Positions 24,590 through 37,496 of a DNA stretch of 64,000 nucleotides are shown one piece after another. The position numbers and the translations under genes were made by a program. Source of the stretch: Octopus sinensis (Eukaryota); assembly GCF_006345805.1 (NCBI RefSeq), contig NC_042997.1, forward strand, positions 127,968,001 through 128,032,000, given 5' to 3'. Under the pieces are notes generated by a model. That model saw nothing but the letters and a program-made list of their open reading frames with translations, made no database searches and was not told where the DNA came from. Positions within the stretch are counted from its first letter, which is position 1; each line of letters begins with the position of its first letter.

Positions 24590-24960
24590 AGACCTGGTCA
24601 TTTCGTTAGTGATTTGGGAGCCCTGCCTGAGAAAGACATATATCACAGGCTAAGTTCACCGCATTCCACTTCACAAATTGCACGTTTACGTGCAGATCAC
24701 TTAGATTCTCCATGATAAATGTGCGCTTTTTGCAAAAATAGCCATATCATCCTTTATCCATTTCTCCATTAGAGGCGATCAAAAGCTTTTCTTTCCCAGT
24801 TGACATCCTTTATTTCAAATACTTTCAACGAAGACATTACGCAGTCCTTAAACGGTGGACTTGGTTTGCACGGAGAAAGCCTCCCATATACCAGCATCTG
24901 CTTTGAAATCTTCTGATCATTCATTCGTACAAGGTCCAACGTAAACGCTGCTTGTGTATT
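24590..24960 (-). mobile_element. RTE LINE 3' remnant
   Basis: Minus strand translates LVRMNDQKISKQMLVYG...FKDCVMSSLKVFEIKDVNWE...DRL*WR, typical of the RTE C-terminus. Confidence 0.8.
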
Positions 24961-25494
24961 AATACGCCAATTTTCAAAACCGCTGAGTTCAAAGGCTGTT
25001 AAAAACCAGCTGACATTCAGAATGCCTTTACCGTAAATGATATTTGCACATCAGAGATATGCAAATATCAGGTTACAAGTTATGTACGTATTTATACAAA
25101 TCCCACTTGATTGAAATAAAACTCTCCCAACTTAATTTGTTCGCATCTCATTTGAATTCTGTGAAGAAGAGTTTCGATAAATTTCAAGGAAAATATGTCT
25201 TATCTTTTTCTCTATTTGCTTCTTCCTGTCACTAGGCTGCGGTCATGCAGAGGCACCACCTGGAGGGGTTTAGTGGAACGAACCGACGCCGGTACATGTT
25301 TTCAAGTTCGGTGTTTATTCTATCGATCTCTTTTACTGATCTATCCACAAAGTTACGGGTACCAAAATTAATCAACACCGGATGTCAAGCGGTGAAAGAT
25401 AAATATAGACACACACACACACACACACACACATAATCACACGTACACAAATACACACGCGCGCGCACACACGCACATATATATATATATAATA

Positions 25495-25703
25495 TATTTC
25501 TTTATTGCCCACAAGGGGCTAAACATAGAGGGGACAAACAAAGACAGACAAACGGATTAAGTCAACTACATCGACCCCAGTGCGCAACTGGTGCTTTATT
25601 TATCGACCCCGAAAGGATGAAAGGCAAAGTCGACCTCGGCGGTGTTTGAACCCAGAACGTAACGACAGATGAAATACTGCTGAGCATTTCGCCCGGCGTG
25701 CTA
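25495..25703 (-). mobile_element. SINE family A, head truncated
   Basis: Homologous to 614-826. Confidence 0.9.
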
Positions 25704-25728
25704 GGAGTAGCTGTGTGATAAGAAGCTA

Positions 25729-25900
25729 TAGGCACTGAAGTGACAGTGTGGCAAGAAGCTTGCGTCCCAACCACATGGTTTCGGGTTCAATCCCACTGTG
25801 TGGCAACTATAGCAAGTGTCTTCTACTGTAGCCTCAGGCTGACCAAAGCCATGTGAGTGGATTTGGTAGACGGAAACTGAAAGAAACCCGTCGTTTATAT

Positions 25901-25948
<48 letters not shown>

Positions 25949-26132
25949 TATGTATTTGTGTCTAGGCTCCCCACCATCGCTTGACAACCGATATTAGTGT
26001 ATTTACGTCCCCGTGATCTTGCGGTTCGGCAAAAGGGACAAAGAGAATAAGTACTAGGCTCACATAGAATAAGTCCTTGGATCGATTTGTTCCACTAAAG
26101 TGGTGCTCCAGCATGGAGGCAGTCAATTGACA
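25729..26132 (+). mobile_element. SINE family C
   Basis: Diverged near-full-length copy, head-to-head with the family A copy. Confidence 0.88.
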
Positions 26133-26539
26133 GGCATACATACATATACACAGAATATATATATGTGTGTATATAATATATATAATATATATATATATAT
26201 TATATTATATATATATATATATATATATCAACTGCGGGCTTCCATACAGTTTTCGGAGTTATTAGTAGTGCAAGGCAACAGCCCGAGGTACCATGTAGGG
26301 GAAATGAATCCCGAATATATTTGCAACGCAAGATTCCTAACTACATAGCCATGCCCGCATCAACATATATACACATATCATTCTTTTGGGAAATACTGGA
26401 TATTTTAAAGAAAATAAATCTATAAATAAGAATGCGCAAATATTGGGTTAAAAACCCGCTGGATAGAAAATGTCGAAGACTGCATGCGGGACACGAACCT
26501 ACATCACCTGAAAAACATGACAAAGGTTCTTTATGACGT

Positions 26540-26594
<55 letters not shown>

Positions 26595-26596
26595 GT

Positions 26597-26890
26597 ATTC
26601 TTTTGCTTTCAAGTCATGTGACTGCGGCAAAGCTGGTGTACCGCCTTTAGCCGTGCAAATCGCTCCCTGGACTTATTCTTTGTAAGCCTAGTACTTATTC
26701 TATCGGTCTCTTTTAGGGACGTAAACACACCAGAATCGGCTGTCAAGCGATATTGGGGCGACAAACACAAAGCACATATAAGTATATGCACACGCATATA
26801 TATATATATTTATTTTGATCAATTTACTCCTCCACCTACACCACCAAACGGTATATACAGGTGCTTACAATTATCAAGTACTCACCCCGA

Positions 26891-26930
<40 letters not shown>

Positions 26931-27028
26931 CATATACGCGACGGTCTTCTTTTAGTTTCCGTCTAACAAAATCCACTCACATGTGGTTGGTAAGCAAGCT
27001 ACTTACCACATAGCCACTCCTGCGCCTA
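26597..27028 (-). mobile_element. SINE family C with internal deletions
   Basis: Head at 27028, tail region at 26597. Confidence 0.85.
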
Positions 27029-27811
27029 TATATATGTATACACACACACACACACACACACATATATCTATGTATATTATACTGGAGCTGCTTTTATTTC
27101 ATATGTAAATTTTGTTTTAGGTAGGGAATTTCCGGGCATTCCAGCTCACGAGTTTACAAGCCATGACTCACCTTCAACTCAGGCAGGTAGGTGCTGTTGA
27201 TAAGCCACAAAAATAGCGAAATATCGATGTCCATCACTCCCGAATGGGATTGGGGTGAGTTATCTCCCCTGTCCATGGTTTTAACACCGGCGATATGCCA
27301 GTTATATACTCTGCTACGCCACTGCAGTCAGTAGAAAATACACCAAGGATATACATTAGTTAATAACTGAAAGAATTTAATAAAAGCAGCTAAATATGCA
27401 ACATTATGAAAATAGTTCAAACTGAAGTCCTTCTTGAGCGACACATTTTTCCATAAAGTATTTATGGAATTTTGTTTTACTGTCGGGTGACTTTTGAGCA
27501 ATCTGTAAATATTATGGACATCTTTCAGGACAGAAAGAGAGAAAGATGGCAAGTTGGGCCTATAACTTTCTAGTCACTGCAACCGCCTTAGCTTGCTGAG
27601 ACACTATTGTCAGACCTCCAGGTCTGAAAAGCGGGATCGGATTGCGCAAACTGGCATTCTGTTAAAACTACTAGGTGTATGCGAAACGGAAAGCCCTACA
27701 GTGTCAAAGATCACTTTACATAGCCACTTGCGGGCGTTACCCACTTCCATATGATATTGGAACACGAAGAAACAGCGATCACACACACACACACATACAA
27801 GCTCATAGATA

Positions 27812-28012
27812 TACTCATTTACTCTTTTACTTGTTTCAGTCATTTGACTGCGGCCATGCTGGAGCACCGTCTTTTGTCGAGCAAAGACTATTCTTTGTAA
27901 GCCTAGCACTTATTCTATCGGATTTTTTTGACGAGCCGTTAAGTTACGGGGATGTAAACACGCCAGTATCGGTTGTCAAATGATGTTGAGGGGAACAAAC
28001 ACAGACACACAA

Positions 28013-28050
<38 letters not shown>

Positions 28051-28237
28051 GTGTGTGTGTATATATATATATACGACGGGCTTCTTTCAGTCTCTGTCTA
28101 CCGAATCCACTCACAAGGCTTTGGTCGGCCCGAGACTATAGTAGAAGGCACTTGCCCAAGGTGCCACGCAGTGGGACTGAACCCAGAACGATATGGTTAG
28201 TAAGCAAGCTACTTACCACACAGCCACTCCTGCGCCT
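27812..28237 (-). mobile_element. SINE family C
   Basis: Full head and TACTCTTTTAC tail. Confidence 0.92.
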
Positions 28238-28739
28238 GTACATGTAATCAGTTTATCAACAGAATGTATTTAGCAACGCTTTTGAAACTGCTTCACATTA
28301 CAAACATGATAAATAAGTAGAAGAGATAACAAGAAATGTGCGATATACTAACCCTCTACGCAGCAACAATTTGGATCAACCAGGAATGAGGTAGTGACCG
28401 ATAAAAACGTGTGACAGCTTAGAAATAACGGATTTAAACAATACAGTAACAGAATAACAATGTAATTATAAAACCCATCTTCAAATACCGGACATACATA
28501 CATACATACATACATACATACATACATACATACATACATACATTCTTGGATAAGATAACAGGCGCTTGAAGGTCGCAGTGGTATATAACTTGAGTCGCAG
28601 GAAAAAGAATTTGATGTACATGAATGTGTGTTTATATGTATGTATATATGTATAAATATCTATCTATTTATCTCTGTCCCTCCATACCTCTCTCTTCTCT
28701 CTCCTTCTATCTCTCTCTTTCTTTCTCTCTGTCTATCTG

Positions 28740-28770
<31 letters not shown>

Positions 28771-29770
28771 AGAAGTAGGCGTTCGGCTTAGTATAGCGTA
28801 TTGCACTCGTGATTACTGCACCGTGTGTTCGATTCCCGGACCAGACGGCTTACCCAATTGCAGCTGAGCGGATTGGAGCATCGGGAAAGCAAGTGTTTTT
28901 GCTCAAAAAACACAACGCGATCGCCGTTCTGGAGTCGAAACCACGATCTTCCAATCGTGAATGCATCATGTGTGTATATGTATGCATACATCTATGTATG
29001 TGACAGTGTGTATGTGCCTGTGTAACAGCTTTTCTTTTAAACGCACGACTGAACATCAGTTTTATCATTATTGTTTGTATTTTATGAAGGTTTGTTCCTT
29101 ATTTCCTTATTAAACCTTTATAGTTTGTTCGGAACAATAAAGTTGGTGAGTCCATCGACATTTCTAGACCTTTCTCTTGGTCTTATCATCTGGGGGAACT
29201 GTTTATTATCGCTGTTCTGTATTACCATTTATTGTAGGTGAGATTCATGTGAGTGATGTGCTTTGTCTCTTTCCAAGTTCTTATCTCAGGGTTTTGACAT
29301 TTTTTTTTCTTTGAGCCATTAACGTCACAGTTCTTTCAGCAACCAGAAGATAAAACTAAGAAGGTTAAGAAATGTCCTTGTGCCATGGATTTATTGTTCC
29401 AAACAATGTATAAAAGACTAATAATGAAGTATGAAATATTCTTGCTAAAAATAAAATATAACTAGAGCGTAATTGTGTTTTTACAACAGCACTCAAACAT
29501 ACACATACGCATACATATGCACAAGCATACATCATACACATCACATAACACACCATACAAACATATACACACGCATCAACACAACCGCACTTATACAAAT
29601 CACATACATGGACGCACAAATGTATATATAGAGAGAGAGGGGGAGAGAGAGAGGACTGAGAGACAGAGGGAGGAGGAGAGAAGGGGACAGAGAGAGAGAG
29701 AAAAAAGAGAGACAGACTGACAGAGAAACGCCATAGGAATTTAGAAACTTGGAAAATGTGAAATAATTAA

Positions 29771-29870
29771 NNNNNNNNNNNNNNNNNNNNNNNNNNNNNN
29801 NNNNNNNNNNNNNNNNNNNNNNNNNNNNNNNNNNNNNNNNNNNNNNNNNNNNNNNNNNNNNNNNNNNNNN
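29771..29870. other. Assembly gap (100 N)
   Basis: Run of N. Confidence 1.
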
Positions 29871-30119
29871 TGGTTGTCAAATATTATTTTCTGGTTTTCA
29901 TTGGTTCGATTGTATGTTTGTGACCTCACTGATCAGCAAATCCCTACCGATATTTCGGATATGAATTCTCACCCTCACCCACAATCGTGAACTTTCTATT
30001 TGGTTGCGAAGAATCCCCTGGGTAATGTCAGCTTTGATTACATTCATCCATGACAGGGTTATTCAAACAGCTGGGACCACATGTTTTAGTGATGGCGGGG
30101 TGTAGCTTCGAATTTTTCT

Positions 30120-30330
30120 TGTCGAGATTACCATGGCATATCACATTGCTGAGGAGCTCAAGTGGTTTAGCATGCTTTCATCTTCCATAATGATGATAAT
30201 GTAGGCGTGGATTAGCTTCTACATCTGCCACTCAGCTGTACCTAAATTGGTATTAACTTGGCTAAGCATCACTCTCTTTTGAACAACATCCAACAAACTA
30301 GTTTGTGTCTGATTCTGAAAAACTGGACAC
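30120..30330 (-). mobile_element. Old LINE 3' remnant (CR1/L2/Jockey group)
   Basis: Minus strand gives LLDVVQKRV and HYHHYGR, reminiscent of LDRVQKRA...FYRYYHG; heavily degraded. Confidence 0.4.
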
Positions 30331-30448
30331 ACAAATCGGCCACCTCTCTAAACACCTCTTCAGGATTAAGAACTGCTTTGATTTCAGGATATTTAGGATT
30401 AGCGAGACTGGAGTTCTATAACAGATAATATTTTAATCAATGATCAAA

Positions 30449-30652
30449 GGTGATGAGCTGACAGAATCACTAGCACGCCGGGAAGAATGCTTTAGCAGCA
30501 TTTCGTCCATCTTTACGTTCTGAGTTCAAACGCCGCCAAAATCAGCTTTGCCTGTCATTCCTTCGGGGTTGATTAAAGAGTACCAGCTGAACACTGGGGT
30601 TGAACCAAACTCCACTCTCGAAGATGCTGGCCTTGTGCCAAAATTTGAAACC
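30449..30652 (+). mobile_element. Older A-related SINE (ends TTGTGCCAAAATTTGAAACC)
   Basis: Shares head and body with family A but has a different 3' end; 14-bp repeat AATATTTTAATCAA at 30427-30440 and 30653-30666 is a probable TSD. Confidence 0.8.
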
Positions 30653-30757
30653 AATATTTTAATCAACGGTTAACGGACGCCTCATATATTTTAAGCACCT
30701 CTACCTTAATACACACGCGCACACACACACATGTGTATTGCTGTTTCTTTTTATACA

Positions 30758-30946
30758 TACGCGCTGGAGTGGCTGCGTGGTAAGTAGCTTGCTTACCAAC
30801 CACATAGTTCCTGGTTCAGTCTCACTGCGTAGCACCTTGGGCAAGTGTCTTCTACTATAGTCGCTGGCCGATCAAAGCCTTGTGAGTGGATTTGGTAGAT
30901 GGAAACTGGAAGAAGCCCGTCGTATATATATATATATATATATATG

Positions 30947-30983
<37 letters not shown>

Positions 30984-31203
30984 TGTGTCTGTGTTTGTCC
31001 CCCCAACATCTCTTGACAACCGATGCTGGTGTGTTTACGTCCCCGTAACTTAGCGGTTACACAAAAGAGGTCGATAGATAGAATAAGTACAAGGCTTACA
31101 AAGAATAAACTCTGAGGTCGATTTGCTCGACTAAAGACGGTGCTCCAGCATGGCCGCAGTCAAATGACTGAAACAAGTAAAAGAATAAAATAATAAAAGA
31201 ATA
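30758..31203 (+). mobile_element. SINE family C, full length (donor of the inverted copy at 32561-32808)
   Basis: Private variants CATCTCTTGAC and GGTTACACAAAAGAGGTCG are shared with the inverted copy. Confidence 0.95.
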
Positions 31204-31598
31204 GTCAAACATAAAATAATTCATGCATTAACTAAAGGACGTTTCAAAATATTGTAAGTAGAGTATTACATTTATTTTTACAAGATAAAGGTTGCTTCGC
31301 TGGAAGTTGGCTCCGACAGACTGCAATATTTTCTTGGGGTTTTCAAGCAATCCATACAAATATTTCTATTTCATTTATATATTTTTTGGCTTAAGATTTT
31401 TGTGGAGTTTCGTTGCAATGTAGGTGTGATTAAATCATGTATTTTTGTGATATAGGAGGTGGTGGTGGTGGGGGGGAAGCATTTTTATGGATTGTTCGAT
31501 TGAGTAAACGAGTTAATATAATTAAATTGCTATATATTTATATATATTGTAATGAAGTTAAGATCTTTTTAAATATTTGCACATAAGAAGTTCTGCGA

Positions 31599-32087
31599 GA
31601 AAGAAGAAGAAGAAGAAGAAGAAGAAGAAGAAGAAGAAGAAGAAGAAGAAGAAGAAGAAGAAGAAGAAGAAGAAGGAAAAGAAGAAGAAGAAGAAGAAGA
31701 AGAAGAAGAAGAAAAAGAAGAGGAAAAGAAGAAGAAGAAGAAGAAGAAGAAGAAGGAAAGAAAAGAAGAAGAGAAGAAAAGGAAAAGAAAAGAAGAAGAA
31801 GAAAAGAAAAGGAAAGAAGAAAGAAGAAGAGAAGAAGGAAAGAAGAAGAGAAGAAAAGAAGAAGAAAATAAGAAGAAGAAGAAGAAGGAAATAAGAAGAG
31901 AAGAAGAAGAAGAAGGAAAAGAAGAAGAAGAAGAAGAAGAAGAAGAAGGAAAAGAAAAGAAGAAGAAGAAGAAGAAGAAGAAGGAAAAGAAGAAGAAGAA
32001 GAAGAAGAAGAAGGAAAAGAAGAAGAAGAAGAAAAAAAGAAGAAGAAGAAAAAGAAGAAGAAGAAGAAGAAGAAGAAGAAAAGAAGA
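31599..32087. repeat. Imperfect (GAA)n array, about 490 bp
   Basis: Directly visible; source of the poly-K and poly-F/S/L ORFs. Confidence 0.97.
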
Positions 32088-32212
32088 TGGTGATGGAAGG
32101 GGAGGAAGGATTGGAGGAGAAAAAGAGGAGGAAGAGGAAGGATAAAAGAAGAAAAGAAGGGGAAACAATGAATGTTCACATATGGTGGTGGGGAGACAAA
32201 CAGTGCAAAAGA

Positions 32213-33078
32213 ATGTTGGTTTCGAATTTTGGCACAGAGCCTGCAATTTCAAGGAAGAGTAAGTCGATTACATCGATCTCAATACTTGATTGGTACCTAC
32301 TTTCCCGACCCCGAAAAAAATGAAAGACAAAAAAAGTCGATTTCAGCGGGATTTGTACTCAGAGCGTAAAGACAGACGAAACGCCGCTAGACATTTTTTC
32401 CCGGTGTGCTAACGTTTCCTATTTCTTTACTGCCCACAAAGGGCTACACACAGGGGGGACGAACAAGGACAGACAAATGGATTAAGTCGATTAGATAGAC
32501 CCCAGTGCGTAACTGGTACTTATTTAATCGACCCTGAAAGGATGAAAAGCAAAGTCGACCTCCTTTAGTTAATGCATGACTTATTTTATGTTTGACTATT
32601 CTTTTATTATTTTATTCTTTTACTTGTTTCAGTCATTTGACTGCGGCCATGCTGGAGCACCGTCTTTAGTCGAGCAAATCGACCTCAGAGTTTATTCTTT
32701 GTAAGCCTAGTACTTATTCTAACTATCGACCTCTTTTGTGTAACCGCTAAGTTACGGGGACGTAAACACACCAGCATCGGTTGTCAAGAGATGTTGGGGG
32801 GACAAACATACAAAAATTCCGACCTCGGCGGAATTTGAACTCAGAACGTAAAGACAAACGAAATACCTATTTCTTTACTTCCCACAAGGGGCTAAACACA
32901 GGACAAACAAGGACAGATAGACGGATTAAGTCGATTATATCGACCCCAGTGTGTAACTGTTACTTATTTAATCGACCCCGAAAGGATGGAAGGCAAAGTC
33001 GAACTCAGAACGTAGCGGCAGACGAAATACCGCTAAGCATTTCGCCCGGTGTGCTAACGTTTCCGCCAGTTCGCCACC
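32213..33078 (-). mobile_element. SINE family A trimer (two A units plus one older unit) interrupted by a 257-bp insertion
   Basis: Head at 33078; junctions at 32867/32868 and 32419/32420; middle unit split at duplicated CGACCTC (32556-32562, 32820-32826). Confidence 0.85.
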
Positions 33079-33641
33079 TCAGTGCACAAAAACTATTGAG
33101 TTCCAGTTTAGTGGATGTCATTCGCCTTTGTTATGTATATATTGTAAATTGAGATATGTTTGATAAAAGAAATTAAAGTGAGGTTTATATATTATTGTTT
33201 GGAATTATCCAAGGACATATGTAAACACAGGTGGAAAAGGTTATATTTGCAAGCGTGCACAGGTCAAAGACAGGTCCGGTGTTGAAGTTTGTGCTGAAAG
33301 GTCACGTCCAGGCATATATTAAAATGAGCAAGTGATTTACTTTTAATTACTGGCTATTGTAATTGGAAAGGGCGATTTTAGTAGTTAATACTTAACTATA
33401 TTACAGGATGATGTTATACACACATGCGTACAGCGAGAAAATTTATATACATCCTCGCCAGCTACTGTACATATTTTACAGGTATACACTCACATGCACA
33501 AACACTAACAGATCTATAATACGAATATATATACAGTTTACATACACACACACACACATACACACTCACACATACATACATGCAGACACGCGCGCGCATA
33601 CACATATATACATGTATGCATACATACATACATATTCAGAG

Positions 33642-33707
<66 letters not shown>

Positions 33708-33759
33708 AAACAGAAACGAAGAGGCAAACAGTTTGGTAAGACTTGACAAGAAAATTTAA

Positions 33760-35340
33760 TTTAGCTACATCGACATTGGGGAAGAAGACATAATACTAGT
33801 CATAGATGCAGTGGACACAAACTCAATTGTTAGCCCTGATGGTTTCTCAGCAATCCTCTTCAAATCGTGTAAGCATGCCCAGGCAAAACCACTACAGATT
33901 CTATTCCAGAGTTTTCTTGCAAATGGCAGACTGCCAAGCCCAATCCATAAAGGAAGAAGCAGAGCAGATGCCAAAAATTATAGGCCTATCTCTCTGACTT
34001 CACACATCAGCAAAGTCATGAAACGAATAGCCAGAGGGAAATTAATTACATTCCTTGAAGTAAATAACTTGCTGAGTGATACCCAGCATGGTTTCCGACC
34101 AGGTAAGAGCTGCTGACCCAGCTCTTACATCACTATGACTGGGTGTTGAGGCAGTTACTCAGCAACTCAAATGTGGACGCAATATACCTTGACTTTGCAA
34201 AAACTTTTGATAAAGTGGATCAGGGTATGATATGCCACAAACAGCGTGATCTCGGTATGGCTGGAAAACTTGGAGAGTGGTTACATGACTTTCTGAAAAA
34301 TAGAAGCCGGGCAGTGGTGGCCAATGGAGTCACCTCAAAGAAAACACAAATAGTGAGTAGTGTTCCACAGGGCACTGTCCGAAGACCACTGTTTTTCATA
34401 GTGGCCCTCTCAGATATGCCCTCAGCTGTCTGGATAGCCACCCTTGCTAACTACGCAGACAATAAGAAAGTCTTGCAGAAAATACAAAACCTTAGCGATG
34501 TTGCACACCTGCAGCAGGTGTTGGACTCAATTTACAGATGGGCTGAGTATAATGATATGCAGTTTAATGCTGAAAAATTCCAGGCCCTGCGCTACCATCG
34601 CCCAAAATTGAACGTTAAAAATTACAGGATACACTGGCCTACAAGGGATTACAATCCCAGAACCTAATTCAGTGCAGAACCTGGGTATCGACATGAGTGA
34701 TGATGCCTCTTTCCAAGTGTACATTACCAAGATGGCGACAAAGTGCAGACGGTTGGCTGGACGGATTCTGAGAACCTCCAGAACCAGAGAGAAGAAAACC
34801 ATGGCGGTCCTCTGGAGGACATTCGTTCTCAGCCGCCTGGACTACTGCTGCCAGCTATGGTCACCCCACAGTGTAAAATTAACAGCGGACCTTGAAGCAA
34901 TTCAGCGAAGCCTCACAAAGAAGATCGTCTTATTGCAACAACTCAGCTACCGAGAAAGGCTGAAGTAGCTATGACTCTACACCCTGGAGTGAAGGCGGGA
35001 GAGATATGCAGTAACATACATCTCGAATATCCTGGAGAGGATTGTGTTAAATTTTGGCATTGCAAGATACACAAATGCCAGGAAGTGTTGCCACTGCACA
35101 GTGCCAAAGATCCCAGCAATGCCGTCGCACTTCAAGACCAGTTACTGCAACAGCCTGGGTTTCAGGGGACCACAGCATTTTCATATTCTTACAAAGAGCA
35201 TGAGGGACCTACACAAGGTGGATGTAGGTGTTTTCAAATCAAAACTAGATCTCTTCCTGTCGAGAATCCACGATGAACCTACCTTGTGGCAGGAGGCGCA
35301 AATGATGATAGCGGTTTCAAACTCCCTTATTCACTCCAGT
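33760..35340 (+). mobile_element. CR1-like LINE RT remnant, 5'-truncated
   Basis: SPDG, KNYRPISLTSHISKVMKRI, QHGFRPGKSC, IYLDFAKTFDKVD, VPQGTV, YADN, LDYCCQLWSP in successive frames. Confidence 0.95.
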
Positions 35341-35925
35341 AATTACTTTCGTCTCATAAGTTTAATTGATATATTAAGTATTCTGATGAGTAATTGGCAA
35401 CTTGCTGACGTGGTGTATAATGTTGTTGCTGTTGATTATCAATTGTGGCTAAGGCATTCCATGTAAAAGGACATTCCACCTATACGCACCCTAACTTATA
35501 CAGAAAGTAATGTATCAAGGACTATATTATCTATCATGAACCTTTCATCTTTTAAATCTGCAGATTGAGATTTTAGAGAGATTTGGTTGCTATTTCTAGG
35601 AGGTTCAGTGACCACGTAGTGGCCACTTTCACTGAGTCGACTCTTAACATTTATGATGTGGTCGGGTGAACTAAAGCTCCAAGTAGAATGAAACGTGATG
35701 AACAAAATTACTTTGGAGCCCCAGAGTGATATCCTCTCAAAGTTGACAAACGTTGTGCTTTTTTTTCTAGTTCCAGACCCGAGCCCCTATTTAGTTCTCT
35801 GAGCTTCGGGCTTTGTTCGTCAGGGATCAATAAAATAAAGCGCCTATGGACAACGGGAGTTGACGTAACTGATTGCATTCCCAGCTTTCTCACTAAAGTG
35901 TTAGGACCATATTATAATTCGATAA

Positions 35926-36065
35926 TCGTAACTTAGCGGTTCGGCAAAAGGGACCGATAGAATAAGTACTAGGCTTACAAAGAATAAGTCCTGGGGTCGA
36001 TTTGTTCGAGTAAAGGCGGTGCTCCAACATGGCCGCAGTCAAATGACTGAAACAAGTAAAAGAGT
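35926..36065 (+). mobile_element. SINE family C 3' fragment
   Basis: Matches the 3' third of family C including the tail. Confidence 0.9.
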
Positions 36066-36667
36066 CCGCAGCAATGGGCATCACGGTAGAGTATAGAAGT
36101 GTTGCAATACTTCCTATGTTTTGGGTTCAAATCTTACCGGGTTCTACTTTTCTTATCCATGCACTACCATACATTCACACACACACGCTCACGCAATCTT
36201 CATACTCGTTCGCGTGCTTGCGCGCGCACGCACACACACACACACACACACACACCTTTAGCCAGATCTTTGTTGTTTTCTTTGCCGCCTGCATCTCCAA
36301 CCACTTCCTCTCTTTCGTTCTATTCAACACGTGCAATCGTTAATCCGGACACGTTTTCTTTTCTCTCTCCATATTTTCTTTCTTCGTTCCATTCTGTAGA
36401 AGAACAAAGGCTTGAAACATCCAAGATTTCTTCCTTTTCTCCTGAACGTCAAACTAATACTCCTTGATTGATTTTCCCTCACCTGTCTTTGACTTTTTTG
36501 CATCATATATGTGTATCTGTGCGTGTGGGGGGGTGCGTGTGTGGGTGTGTACGTGCGTGTGTGTGTGAGTGTGTGTGTGCGTGTGTGTGCGTGTGTGTGT
36601 GAGTGTGTGTGTGTTTGTGTTTGTGTGTGTGTGTATGTATATTTATGTATACACACAGGCACACACA

Positions 36668-37122
36668 TACTTGTTTCAGATATTAGACAGCAGCCTTGCT
36701 GGTGCACAGTCTTGAAGATTTTAGTCGAATAAATCGACCCTAGGACTTATTTTTATATGACTGACACTAATTCTATCAGTTACTTCTTGCAAAAATATTT
36801 TTGTTGTTTTTGTAAAACCTCAGAAAATAATTAAAAATTCACACTTTTTATCAAATTATTTTGTTACGGGGACGTAAATACACCAACACCGGTTGTCAAG
36901 CGAGGTGGATAAACATAATCAAACAAGCATGCACATACATACACACACACATGTATATAAATAAAGATGACAGGCTTCTTTCAATTTTCGTCTACTAAGT
37001 CCACCCACAAGGCGTTGGTCGACCCAGGACTATAGTAGAAGACAACTGCTCAAAATGCCATACAGTGGAACCGAACCTGAATTTTATGTGGTTGGGAAGC
37101 AAACTTCTTACCACACAGCCAC
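36668..37122 (-). mobile_element. SINE family C, diverged
   Basis: Head, body and tail recognisable. Confidence 0.8.
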
Positions 37123-37458
37123 GTCGACACCTCCACACAGCTAAACTAGTTTTTTCTTTTTTTTTTTTTTTTTGAAACTGAAATTGAGAATCTGTTTTTG
37201 TTACTAGAGTTTCATGATACTGCGATATTCAGGTGAGAATGCTGTGGTGGAGAAACTCGAGAGGCATAAACTATTACTTTCAATTTCAATTAAAAAAAAG
37301 CATCTCCTTGACAACATGCGTCGAGTACTTCTTTCTTATTCATCCGTCAAATAGTCGTACACACAAGGTATATCATATATATGTATATTTCACATATATA
37401 TTTGTGTATGTATGTGTGTGTGTATGTGTGTGTATCGTTATGTATGCATATATATATA

Positions 37459-37496
<38 letters not shown>

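Noticed and set aside
31538-32252. Poly-Lys and poly-Phe/Ser/Leu ORFs over 200 aa
   Set aside because: Translation of the (GAA)n array.
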